Positions 1-12,152 are shown, counted from the first letter of the stretch. The stretch: 64,000 bases of DNA from Octopus sinensis (GCF_006345805.1 NC_042998.1:92070001-92134000); one strand, 5' to 3'. Program-made: numbers and translations. The notes: a model not told the origin generated them from the letters alone.

Positions 1-1955
1 TAGTCATCAGTGACTTTAGACTTCAGGCCAGAAGGTTGCCTAGAAGCAGACCAATCTGGAAGCTTAGGATCCTTTATATGGTCAGAGGTTTAGGGACATT
101 CTGAGAAATTTGACAAGGAGGAGGAACTACTGACTTGCAACATAGAGGGCAATTGGGAATTCCTGCAGAAAAGCTTGCTAAGTGCCACAGACCAAATCTG
201 CAGCTGGTACAAAGTCCCAACCAGAACTAAGGTAACATGTCGATAGAACAATGCTGTAGACACGGCCATTAGAGCAAAGAAACAGGCCTGGGAGGTCTGG
301 AAGAAAAGGGTATTTAGCCAGGGAAGAAGCAGAGAGGAGGAAGGTTACCAATGTTCTGTGTCACGAAGACCAGAAGCTTGAAGTGTTTTAGATTGCAAGA
401 CAGTGTGTCAGAGAAAATCGTAATGTGGTAGGAGAGAAATGTGTTTGCATGGATGATGAGTCACTGACAGTTAGTGACCCTGCAAAGAGGGAGACTTGAA
501 AGTGCCACTATAAAGAGTTACTAAATGTATAGAACTCATGGGAGAGGGAGAGTCCGCCTAGTGTGGATCCAACAGAGCTATCCAAATAGACAGTAGCATG
601 GTAGAAAAAGCCATGAAGAATACAAAGATAGGGAAAGCCCCCTGTCCATCTGGAATAATCATTGAGATGCTTAAAATATCTGGTGTGTGGAAGGTGCACA
701 GGTACAATAAACACTAAAAATGCCAGGTGGGTAAGCTAAAGGTAGTTGGTAGCTCCCATTATCTAAGTGACCAGGTTAGTAGTGGAGGCGGGTACTGTGA
801 GAGCATGCTGCAAGAATAATATTAGGATGAGCAAAGTTCAGTGAGCTCCTACCTCTGTTAGCAACAAAGGGCCCCTCCTTCAGAATGAAGGCAGACTGTA
901 TGATGCCTGTATGTGAATAGCTATGCTACATGGCAGTGAAATATGGGCTGTGGCCACTGAGGTCATGCATAAGCTTGAAAGAAATGAAGCTATTATGCTT
1001 TGCTAGATGTGCAATGTCAGTGTGCATGTGTGACAGAGTGTGAGGGTCTTGAGAGTTGGGCATAAGAGGCATCAGATGTGGTGTGCAAGAGAGACAGCTG
1101 CACTAGTATGGTCATGTGATGCATATGGAGGAGGACAGTTGTATAAAGAAGTACCGATTTCTAATTGTGGAGGGAGCTTGTGGAAGAGATAGACCCAGGA
1201 AGACATGGGATGAGGTGGTGAGGCATGATCTTCAAACGTTGGGCCTCACAGTGACAATGACTAGTGACTGAGACTATTGATGATATGCCATGCTTGAGAA
1301 GCCAAGTGTCAAGCCAAGTGAAATCATAGTCATGATCAATGCCAGTGTCATGGAACTGGCACTTATGGTGGTGGCACATAAAAAGCACCTTTTCAGCATT
1401 GGGCCACATGGAGGCGATGTGGCCAATGCTGGTGTCATGTAACTGGCACTTATGTTGGTGGCACATAAAAAGCACCTTTTCAGCATTGGGCCACATGGAG
1501 GCGATGTGGCCAATGCTGGTGTCATGTAACTGGCACTTATGGTGGTGGCACATAAAAAGCACCTTTTCAGCATTGGACCACACAGAGGCAATGTGGCCAA
1601 TGCTGGTGTCATGTAACTGGCACTTATGGTGGTGGTACATAAAAAGCACCTTTTGAGCGGTTGGCCTCATAGAGGCAATGACAAATGGCTGCAACCTTTA
1701 GCACTATGCTATGCTTGAGAAGCCCCATCAAGCCAAGTAAAACCATAGTTGTGGCAGATACTGGTGTCACGACATCTGATACCTGTGCCGGTGGCATGTA
1801 AAAGCACTCATTACACTCTTGGAGTGACTGATGTTAGGAAAGGCATCCAGCTGCAGAAACTATGGCAAAATCAGACTGGAGACTGTGCAGCCCCGCAGCT
1901 TGCCAGCTCTGGTCAAACCATCCAACCCATGCCAGCATGGACAAGAGATGTTAAG
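1..1955 (+). mobile_element. Decayed RTE-clade LINE with the RT core deleted; retains linker, C-terminal region and 3' UTR
   Basis: Homologous along its length to the better preserved copy at 59870-62098 (GKAPCPSGIIIEMLKISG, LYDACM..AMLHGSEIW, RPRKTWDEVVRHDL). Near 688 it jumps from the EMLKISG region to the CGRCTGTINT region, skipping the RT motifs. Many stops and frameshifts. Confidence 0.85.
1345..1680 (+). repeat. 87-bp tandem repeat (~3.8 copies) in the RTE 3' UTR
   Basis: GTGTCA unit starts at 1345, 1432, 1519 and 1606; core GGTGGCACATAAAAAGCACC. Explains the 29-aa repeat ORFs 1161-1694, 1274-1612 and 1339-1656. Confidence 0.95.
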
Positions 1956-1984
1956 TAATGGTCAATCACACAGTAATTTTCCTT

Positions 1985-2065
1985 TGTTTAACGGTCATTT
2001 TCATAGCATTTTTTCCGATGGCCCAATAACTGAAGAAATGGCAGCATGGGTTTCTGCCCTGACAG
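1985..2065 (+). repeat. Fragment of the hammerhead-bearing fold-back family seen at 62124-62394
   Basis: GGTCATTTTCATAGCATTTTTTCCGATGGCCCAATAACTGAAGAAATGGCAGC matches ~62268-62320; it keeps the CTGAAGA half of the core but is truncated before GAAA. Confidence 0.75.
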
Positions 2066-2149
2066 CCAGTCAAGGCAGCGCTGGCATCGGCATGTTCGGA
2101 TGATGCTTTTTAATACCACCGGCACAGGTATCACAACTACAATTTCGTG

Positions 2150-2465
<316 letters not shown>

Positions 2466-2891
2466 GAAGATTATTTTAACCCTAGTTGAATCCATGAAAA
2501 AAAATAGCAATTGATTAAAACCATTCTGAGAGTACTTTAAACAGTTAAGTTAAATTGTCTATACAATTGAGTTTAACATCAACTCAATAAAAATCAAAAC
2601 AAAATTCTTGCATGATTGTAATAAATTTAGACATTTTAATCTTTTCATTTTTATCTTGCATTGAAGCATCACTCGCATGAACTAATATATTTTACTTTTA
2701 TCACTAGATGAGAAGTCTAAATAAATTACAATATATATTATTAAAATATTCTTTTGAAATCCAGTGTGAAGAAGTACAGCGTGTGTATGTGTGTGTTTTC
2801 GCTGTAGAAATCAGTTATAATATACCAGATAACTGGAGTTGGAGGTTGGGAGAGGGAAGGGCAGAGAGAGAAAGGAGAATAAAAGTGATAC

Positions 2892-2940
<49 letters not shown>

Positions 2941-3089
2941 CAAACAAACAGATAGACAGATATGCATACATATATGTGTGTGTAATATATATATATATGT
3001 ATGTATATGTGTATGTATATATATATATATGTATGTATGTTTGTATGTATGTATATATATGTGTGTGTGTGTGTGTGTGTTTGTGTATA

Positions 3090-5015
3090 TTGCATCATCC
3101 CATAAATAATGCGTTTTTTTTCAATTACATGAACTAAGTCGGAGGGGGATGTGATAAACTACTTGCATCAACTTACTATAAAAGCAGGAAGTAATTTTAC
3201 TTTGTCCTAATTCTTAGTGCAAGTTTTGAAGAGTGCAGTTCGATTTTAAGAGTTATTTTTCCGAAGTTATAAGGGAAGTGGCAAAGGAGCATATTTGGCA
3301 TATTTTGCTTTATGAGTTAAATAAAGACACGAACGCAACAGAAAGCGCAAGGAAAATTAATGCAGTATATGGGAATTGGACAATAAGCGTAAGCCAGTGT
3401 CAACGGTGGTGATGAGTAATGAGTTCTCTATAAAAATGTCAAGTGCCGAAGATAGTGGGTAGGGAAAGGAGAAACACCGACACCCCGGGTTAAAGAAGGT
3501 CTTCACCCATATAAGGTGTTGTTATCTGTTTGGTGGGATATGAAAGGTTTAGCCCACTTTGAACAGAAATTCCGAGCTGGAAACAACAGTCTAGAAGACG
3601 AGCCTCATCCTGGAAGATCTGTAGAACTCAAGAAGGACGTCCAACAAACAGTGGTGGAACAAAATACCATCATAACTGTGAGGAACTAGCAGAGAAGCTT
3701 GGATTTGGTTATTCAACCATTCATCGATACTTACATGCCATCAGAAAAGTCAGCAAATTGGGACAATGGGTTCTTCACAAACTTTCTGAGTCTAATCGCA
3801 AGCAGAGAGTGAATGTGTGCTCTACTTTGCTGTCATGTCTTACAAACGAACCTTATTTGGACCAAATAGTAACTGGTGATGAGAAATGAGTTCTCTATAA
3901 AAATGTCAAGTGCCGAAGATAGTGGGTAGGGAAAGGAGAAACACCGACACCCTGGGTAAAGAAGGTCTTCACCCATATAAGGTGTTGTTATCTGTTTGGT
4001 GGGATATGAAAGGTTTAGCCCACTTTGAACAGAAATTCCGAGCTGGAAACAACAGTCTAGAAGACGAGCCTCATCCTGGAAGATCTGTAGAACTCAAGAA
4101 GGACGTCCAACAAACAGTGGTGGAACAAAATACCATCATAACTGTTGAGGAACTAGCAGAGAAGCTTGGATTTGGTTATTCAACCATTCATCGATACTTA
4201 CATGCCATCAGAAAAGTCAGCAAATTGGGACAATGGGTTCTTCACAAACTTTCTGAGTCTAATCGCAAGCAGAGAGTGAATGTGTGCTCTACTTTGCTGT
4301 CATGTCTTACAAACGAACCTTATTTGGACCAAATAGTAACTGGTGATGAGAAATGAGTTCTCTATAAAAATGTCAAGTGCCGAAGATAGTGGGTAGGGAA
4401 AGGAGAAACACCGACACCCTGGGTAAAGAAGGTCTTCACCCATATAAGGTGTTGTTATCTGTTTGGTGGGATATGAAAGGTTTAGCCCACTTTGAACAGA
4501 AATTCCGAGCTGGAAACAACAGTCTAGAAGACGAGCCTCATCCTGGAAGATCTGTAGAACTCAAGAAGGACGTCCAACAAACAGTGGTGGAACAAAATAC
4601 CATCATAACTGTTGAGGAACTAGCAGAGAAGCTTGGATTTGGTTATTCAACCATTCATCGATACTTACATGCCATCAGAAAAGTCAGCAAATTGGGACAA
4701 TGGGTTCTTCACAAACTTTCTGAGTCTAATCGCAAGCAGAGAGTGAATGTGTGCTCTACTTTGCTGTCATGTCTTACAAACGAACCTTATTTGGACCAAA
4801 TAGTAACTGGTGATGAGAAATGAGTTCTCTATAAAAATGTCAAGTGCCGAAGATAGTGGGTAGGGAAAGGAGAAACACCGACACCCTGGGTTAAAGAAGG
4901 TCTTCACCCATATAAGGTGTTGTTATCTGTTTGGTGGGATATGAAAGGTTTAGCCCACTTTGAACTTTTAAACCCAAACCAAACGATAACAAAGGAGATT
5001 TACTACAGCAGCTTG
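3090..5015 (+). mobile_element. Mariner (Mos1-like) transposon relic, rearranged and 3'-truncated
   Basis: N-terminal EHIWHILLYE..SVSQCQRW (~3286-3409), KFRAGNNSLEDEPHPGRS, WVLHKL (WVPHEL-like motif), IVTGDEK, KVLLSVWW, then LLNPNQTIT. No second or third catalytic Asp and no right TIR found. Confidence 0.9.
3408..4965 (+). repeat. 467-bp near-perfect tandem repeat (~3.3 copies) of an internal mariner segment
   Basis: GTGCCGAAG at 3443, 3910, 4377 and 4844; ORFs 3910-4356 and 4377-4823 are identical. Confidence 0.97.
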
Positions 5016-5279
5016 ACTGTTAGTTGAAATGTCCAATGAAATGAGACAAATTTCAAATTTTTATCTGTCAATGTAAATTGTATATTTATACAGATAACCT
5101 TAATTTTTGTTCCATTCTCAGTCAAAACTGTCTGACCAACAGGAACATGAAACTCTGAGTAGCAGTTTTTTGTGATGTTTTTGTAGCTTAAATAATAAAG
5201 CATATTACTCTACTTCCGGTATTTGAGTACTATTTTTCCCACCTTGTTCCACATTTATATGCTTATACATATATATATA

Positions 5280-7665
5280 CAATGGTACCTTGACTTACGA
5301 ATGTCCCAACTAACAAGTTTTTCAAGATACGAGCCCTCTCTTGGCCGAATTTTTTGCTTTGTGTTGCGAGCTAAAATTCGGGTTACAAGCCAGCATCAGA
5401 TACCCCACCGCTAGTTGGCATAGCGAATGCCACAATGGACGCCTAACATCCACCCAACACCCTTATCTCACTCGATAGCTAGACAGATATGCACGTCAGC
5501 AAATATGAAGATCTTTAGTAGATCGAGAGCTAGACAGACATGCGCATTAGCAAGTACAAAGATTGTTAGAGGATCGTTAACTAGATGGGTAGTAAAATGC
5601 TTACTTAGTCATTGCAGGCTACAGAAACATCAGTGTTGGGCTCGCAATTGTGCTTGCAGTTATTTTGCAAAACTTCGTTTTTCCAACCATAGGTCCAAAG
5701 AAAATGAGTGCGAAGGACAATGGTGAGAAGAAGCGGATGATGTGCATTGAATTAAAGAAAGAAATTATCGAAAAACATGATCAAAGTGTGCGTGTAGTCA
5801 ACATGGCGAAGCAGTACGAGTGTAGCACTACTATGATCTGCACCATACTGAAACAGGAGTCGATAAATGCTATAACGCCAGTCAAGGGCATTAAAATAAT
5901 TTCTAAACAGCAGGCATCTATCCATGAAAATATGGAGAAGCTACTGATGATGTGGTTGATGGAGAAGCAGCTCATAGGAGATACCGTGATAGAGGCTATA
6001 ATCCATGAGAAAGCATGAGCTATTTACGCTGATTTGTTGCAGCAAACTTCAGGCACTTGTACGGACGAGGCATTAGGTGAGCCATTTAAAGCTAGGCGAG
6101 GTTGGTTCGAGAATTTTAAAAAGAGGACTGATATTCATTCTCTTGTCGGGCATGGTGAAGCAGCGAGAGCGAACATGATGGATTACCGCAAAACTTTTGC
6201 CGGAATTATCACAGCCGAAGGATACATCCGCCATCAAGTCTTCAACTGTGATGAGACAGGATTTTGGAAGAAGATGCCAAGGAGGACTTATATAATGGCA
6301 GAGGAGAAAAGGATAGGCTAACCCTTGCACTGTGTGCCAATGCGAGCAGCGACTGCTAGATTAAGCTGCTGCTCGTTTATCGTAGGGAAAAGCCTGTGAT
6401 TTAAAGAGAGTGATTGATGAGTAGACCAAGACCTGCCTTTAAATCACATAAGATTCTGAAAGAGAAACTGCAAGTTATGTGGAGGGCAAATCCAAGGGCA
6501 TGGGTCACCAAGCAGTTCATTGTGGAGTGGGTGAATTTTGTCTTTGGTCCTGACGTTAAGAAATATCTCCAGGAAAATAACCTACCCCTGCAAGCCCTTC
6601 TCATCCAGGTCATGCACCTGCTCATCCACCTAAGCTCGAAAATGACATCCTTGAAGGGTTCAAGTTTATAAAGGTTCTCTACCTTCCACCCAACACCACC
6701 CATATCCTGCAACTCATGGACCAGTAGGAGATTTCTAGTTTCAAGAAGCTCTTCCCCAAGCACCTGCTCCGCCACTGCTTTGAGGTGACGGGGAGCACAA
6801 ACCTTCGAGAGTTCTGGAAGGACCACTATAACATCGTGATATGCCTCAGAATTATCGATATGGCCTAGTAGGGTGTTACAAAGATGACCTTGACCTCTGC
6901 ATGGAAGGAGCCATGGCCTGAGGTTGTGTCTGAAACAGACTTTGAAAAACTGGAACCCGAAACGGCAGTAGTGGAAGAGATTGTATCCTTCGGCAAGTCC
7001 ATGGACCTGGATGTGGATGAAGGTGACATCTGCGAGCTCATCAAGGAGCATTCCGAGGAACTGACAGAGGAAGAGCTAAAAGAGATACAGATGCAGCAGC
7101 ACACGGAGGTTTTGCAGGAAATAGGTGATGCAGAGGAGATGGAGGGAGTTATCTCTACCATTGCGATAAACGAAATGTTGGAAATGTGGGAGAAATTTTC
7201 AGACTTTATTTAAAAGAAACACCAAGAAAAAGTTGCACCTAGGCGTGTGATGGTGCTATATAATGACACTTGCCTGACTCATTTCAGAAGCATTCTGAAA
7301 GTGAGGATGAAACAGATAAAAGTGAGGAAAGCGTAGTGACAAGAGCAAAAACCAGTGAATAAGATTCAGTTATTCAGTTCAGCCATTCTCCTCCATCGTC
7401 TGATCTCCAAGGTACATTATATTTAATAAAATCGGTTTATTACAGTACATTGTATTGATATTTATACAATATTTGTTATTTATAAGTACATTTTTTCTCA
7501 TTTAATGACACGCAATAGAAAAATTGCAGTGTTTTTTGGAGGCCCCGGAACTAATTAATTGCATTTCAATTCATTTCAATGCTGAAATTTCATTTAATAT
7601 ACAAGTTATTTGAGTTATGAGCTCCGTCATAAAATGAATTAAACTCATAAGTCAAGGCACTACTG
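5280..7665 (+). mobile_element. Full-length Tigger/pogo DNA transposon with pseudogenised transposase (~5690-7310)
   Basis: TIRs CAATGGTACCTTGACTTACGAAT and (reverse complement) CAGTAGTGCCTTGACTTATGAGT, each flanked by TA. CENP-B-like HTH region (IELKKEIIEK, FKARRGWFENFKKR), VFNCDETG, WRANPRAWV, LPPNTTPILQLMDQ. Stops and frameshifts present. Confidence 0.93.
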
Positions 7666-7775
<110 letters not shown>

Positions 7776-8051
7776 TATAATTAATTAATAAGGGTGAGAG
7801 AATTAGATACTAATTTAATAGTATATTTATTCAACACCAAGTGGCCTAGTGCTACGAGAAACCTGGATTATTATAATATTTTATAACATATTATAATATT
7901 TTTACAAAATAAATATAAGAGAGTGGTCACTATATTGCTCACTCTAGCACCAGTTAATCCAAAAGGTTTCAACCACGAAAATACATGTTTCCCATGAAAG
8001 TCAGTACGACTGTTAGCTCACACGGACAGGGCAAATAAAAATAACAAAATA

Positions 8052-8148
8052 CAGATTATTTTGGGACAATTGTTTCGCTATTAATGAATTAAATGTAATA
8101 TTACTTATAAAAAAAATCCATTTGTAGCTCGTCAGCCAAGACTATCTG
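8052..8148 (-). ncRNA. Type I hammerhead ribozyme (copy 1)
   Basis: Minus strand: CAGAT-AGTC-TTGG / CTGACGA / GCTA..AATGGATT..AATTCATT..TAGC / GAAA / CAATTG / TC^ / CCAA-AATA-ATCTG. All core nucleotides present; palindromic stem III (ACAATTGT); GUC cleavage predicted between 8065 and 8064. Confidence 0.8.
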
Positions 8149-8585
8149 GATGAAATCCACTCAATCACACGCCAGATTTTACCATAACGATAAATACGCG
8201 TGTGGTTCAATTGATTACATCCGACGTTATAATTCAAATGCCCCAACCAACAGCGCGCCAAACTTTCACGGAAAACAAATACAGCATTTAGAAATAAATG
8301 CAGCATAATTATAATTAATTAATAAGGGTGAGAGAATTAGATACTAATTTAATAGTATATTTATTCAACACCAAGTGGCCTAGTGCTACGAGAAACCTGG
8401 ATTATTATAATATTTTATAACATATTATAATATTTTTACAAAATAAATATAAGAGAGTGGTCACTATATTGCTCACTCTAGCACCAGTTAATCCAAAAGG
8501 TTTCAACCACGAAAATACATGTTTCCCATGAAAGTCAGTACGACTGTTAGCTCACACGGACAGGGCAAATAAAAATAACAAAATA

Positions 8586-8681
8586 CAGATTATTTTGGGA
8601 CAATTGTTTCGCTATTAATGAATTAAATGTAATATTACTTACAAAAAAATCCATTTGTAGCTCGTCAGCCAAGACTATCTG
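8586..8681 (-). ncRNA. Type I hammerhead ribozyme (copy 2)
   Basis: Same as 8052-8148 except for a substitution and a 1-nt indel in the AT-rich stem II extension. Confidence 0.8.
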
Positions 8682-8734
8682 GATGAACTGTATTTTGTTA
8701 TTTTTATTTGCCCTGTCCGTATATATAAATATAT

Positions 8735-8773
<39 letters not shown>

Positions 8774-8776
<3 letters not shown>

Positions 8777-10081
8777 AAAGGTGTAGGTAGAAACTCCATA
8801 AGATGTACCCAGTGTAAGCTATGGACGCATAAGAGGTGCAGCAACATCAAAGGGAAATTAACTGATAAGATAGCTTTCATGTGTGGCAGATGCACAGGGA
8901 CAATAGACACCACAGATACTCAGAAAACAGATTCCATCACACTCCAGGGGGAGAAACTAGAAGTAGTTGATAGTTTCCGCTACCTAGGTGACTAAGTTAG
9001 TAGTGGAGGTGGATGTTCAGAGAGTGTCACCACTAGAATACGAATAGCCTGGGCAAAGTTTAGAAAGCTCCTACCCCTACTGGTGACAAAGGGTCTCTCG
9101 CACAGAGCGAAAGGTAGATTGTATGATGCATGTGTGCGAACCACCATGCTTCACGGTAGTGAAACATGGGCTGTGACTGCAGAGGACATGCGTAGACTTG
9201 AAAGATATGAAGCTAGCATGATCCGCTGGATGTGTAATGTCACTGTGCACTCACGACAGAGTGTAAGCACCCTGAGAGAAATGCTGGACATAAGAAGCAT
9301 CAGATGTGGTGTGCAAGAGCGACGCTTGCGATGGTATGGTCATGTACTGCAGATGGATGAGGAGAGATGTGTGAAGAAGTGCCACTCCCAAACAGTTGAA
9401 GGGATCAGGGTGGGAGGTAGACCCAGGAAGACATGGGATTAGGTGGTCAAGCATGACCTCAGAGCATTGGGCCTCAGAGCAATGACAAAGGACCGAGATC
9501 TCTGGAGATATGCTGTGACTGCAAAGACCCGGGCTGCTTCCTGCACCAGTTCCACATAGCCCCAGCCCATTCAATGTACCTTGGATTTCAGAACAACCTG
9601 CTGTGCTTGAGGAGATCTATTGAGTCAAGTACATGATGAACATCGAAATAAATATCAAATGGAAATAGTAGTTGTGATACCTGTGCTGGTGGCATGTAAA
9701 AAGCACCATCCAAACATGGCTAATGCCAGCGCCGCCTTGACTGGCTTCTGTGCCCGTGGCATGTAAAAAGCACCATCCGAACGTGGCCGATGCCAGCACC
9801 ACCTTGACTGACTTCTGTGCCCGTGGCATGTAAAAAGCACCATCCGAACATGGCCGATGCCAGCGCCACCTTGACTGGCTTCTGTGCTGGTGGCACGTAA
9901 AAAACACCCACTACACTCGCGGAGTGGTTGGCGTTAGGAAGGGCATCCATCTGTAGAAACACTACCAGATCAGACTAGAGCCAGGTGCAGCCTTCTGGCT
10001 TCCCAGACCCTGGTCGAACCGTCCAACCCGTGCTAGCATGGAAAACGGACGTTAAACGATGATGATGATGATGATGATGAT
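8774..10081 (+). mobile_element. 5'-truncated RTE LINE (Cys/His finger, RT C-terminus, 3' UTR, (GAT)n tail)
   Basis: RKGVGRNSIRCTQCKLWTHKRC, LEVVDSFRYLG, ORF 9083-9442 (GSETWAVT, RLRWYGHV, GRPRKTWD); ends GTTAAAC(GAT)n; 5' end abuts (TA)n. Confidence 0.92.
9685..9910 (+). repeat. 67-bp tandem repeat (~3.3 copies) in the RTE 3' UTR
   Basis: GGCAYGTAAAAA unit at 9691, 9758, 9825 and 9892. Confidence 0.92.
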
Positions 10082-10100
10082 ATATATATATATATATATA

Positions 10101-10768
10101 ATTGTTAAAGAGGACAACAAATGTTAAAACTAGGTAAACATCTCAAGTCATATACATTATTATTATTGGAAAAAATTCAAAGTCTTACACCTGTTTCTGG
10201 GATATCACAGAGTATGGGATATTCTGCCATCGAAGACAATGAGAAGATTATAGATTAATGAAATTACGACATAGAGGACACGAGTAAAGGAATAAGGAGA
10301 TGAAGGATGAGAAGAAAAGAGAAGCTTAAAAGTTCACAGTTCAGCTTTCCAATCATGTAGAAGTAAGTCCGTAAGTCCTTAGATGCAATCCTGCATAAAT
10401 CTATGTAGGTTAAAGTCTTGATAGTGTTGTCGTCTTTAACAATTATATATCCGCTATATCAGAAATCTGCAATGACCCTGTAACTACCGTCTCGGCTATG
10501 ACCTTGGAGCCCTAGTAATCCGTTACAGCACTTACCTAGCGTATTTAGTCGTTTAGATCACCTGCGAACTAAACCCCCATATTTTGTATATATATATATA
10601 ACACCAAGTAAGTTAGGGGTTATGGATCCAACCCACTAAGGGATAGTATTTATCCAATATACTGTTGGTATAGTACCCAAATTCTTAATACATAAATGTT
10701 TTTAATTGCAATGCAATTAACTCATTTATTGTATTAAACGGGTGAAGGTAAAGAAATATTTTACCATT

Positions 10769-10770
<2 letters not shown>
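10101..10770 (-). mobile_element. Non-coding island between (TA)n tracts containing a decayed hammerhead-like motif (10182-10237); probable Penelope-like terminal remnant
   Basis: Minus strand GTCT-TCGATGG-..ATATC..GATAT..-GAAA-CAGGTG-TA-AGAC: stem I and the GAAA..GUA part are present, but the CUGANGA box is mutated. Confidence 0.4.
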
Positions 10771-10834
<64 letters not shown>

Positions 10835-11381
10835 GGGGAGCGATACACACATACACACACACACATTATGTATATACCGAGAGGGAGGGAGAGAGAGAAA
10901 GAGACTGAGACAGAGATAGACAGACTGACAAGCAGACAGATAGAAAGAGGTAGATGTACAGAGACAGACGGACAAGCAGATAGACAGAGATTGACAGGCA
11001 CAGGTAGACAGAGATAAACAGATAGAGAGAGAAAAAGAGCGAGAGAGGGAGAGGGAGAATGAAAGAGAGAGAGAGAGAAGAAGGATAGCAGAAGTTAGAC
11101 ACAGTGAGAAATGGAGTGGGATGATAAAAACTGAATGCCAGAGATGTAGAATATGCATTGGAAACAGCTGCAGGTAGAGTAGTTTTGAGAAGTAAACGCG
11201 ACTAGAGAAAAGGGAAAGAAAAGTTGGAAAGGTGAAAAAGAGAAAATGTTGAGAAAAGTAATTTAGGAATATGTAGTCAAGTTTGTAATGTCGCTCTCAT
11301 TCATTCTAGCTTTCCTCTCCTCACCTCTTTCGCTCTTACGCTGTCACTACCTCTTTCTCGCTCTCCTCACCTGAATGTGTA

Positions 11382-11418
<37 letters not shown>

Positions 11419-11617
11419 GTATTTATGTGTGCATGTCTGCATGCACGTGCACACATGCACATGTGTAATGTATTAAAGTTTATGACGTCACTCTACTTGT
11501 CTCTCTCCCCCCTCCCTCCCCACCAGTGTATGTCTGTGTATGAGCGTGTAAGGAAGCGAAGTTTATGACGTCACTTATTCTTGCTTTTTCTCTCTCCACC
11601 TCTCTGTCACTCTTCAG

Positions 11618-11649
<32 letters not shown>

Positions 11650-11714
11650 TTATGTATGTATGTATGTATGTATGTATCTACCTATCTATCTATTTATGTA
11701 TGTATGTATGTAAG

Positions 11715-11745
<31 letters not shown>

Positions 11746-12152
11746 TTATGTGTGTGTTTGTGTGTGTTTGAAGTGTAACTTCTACGTCCCAACATCTAAG
11801 TACATGTATTGAACATATAGTGAACACAGATATATATAGCGCCAATCTCTCTTCATCAAAATAGTTCTACTTAAGTTGCGCATATGTGTGTATATATATG
11901 TGTATATACAGGTAAAATTGTATTTATCTATGTGTGTGTGTGCATTTGTGTAACAGCTAAGTGGGAGTTAGTAGTTAATATAAAATAGTGATGTCAAAAG
12001 TACTTTACAAAGAATATGAAGTGTAACAAGAATTTAACAAGTTCATTTCATTTACAGTATATGGGAGTTAGGGGAGAAAGTTATCTTAACAACTATGTTA
12101 ATATCTCAAAGACATGGAACGTTAAAAAGTAAAAAATAGGAAAAAAAATGTG

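Larger units (their letters stand above)
7779..8720 (-). mobile_element. Penelope-pLTR / retrozyme-like element: partial tandem repeat (period 534 bp) plus 33-bp inverted tail, set in (TA)n
   Basis: 7779-8154 is repeated almost exactly at 8313-8687; 8688-8720 is the reverse complement of 8556-8588; both ends abut (TA)n; each repeat carries a hammerhead motif; no ORF. Confidence 0.75.

Noticed and set aside
1345-1680. Regularly spaced repeats resembling a CRISPR array (also 9685-9910)
   Set aside because: Whole units repeat with no unique spacers, there are no cas genes, and the context is a eukaryotic LINE 3' UTR.
6401-7161. Minus-strand ORFs of 216 and 98 aa (likewise 26811-27152 and 61454-61768 on plus)
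   Set aside because: Antisense shadows of transposase or RT coding sequence.
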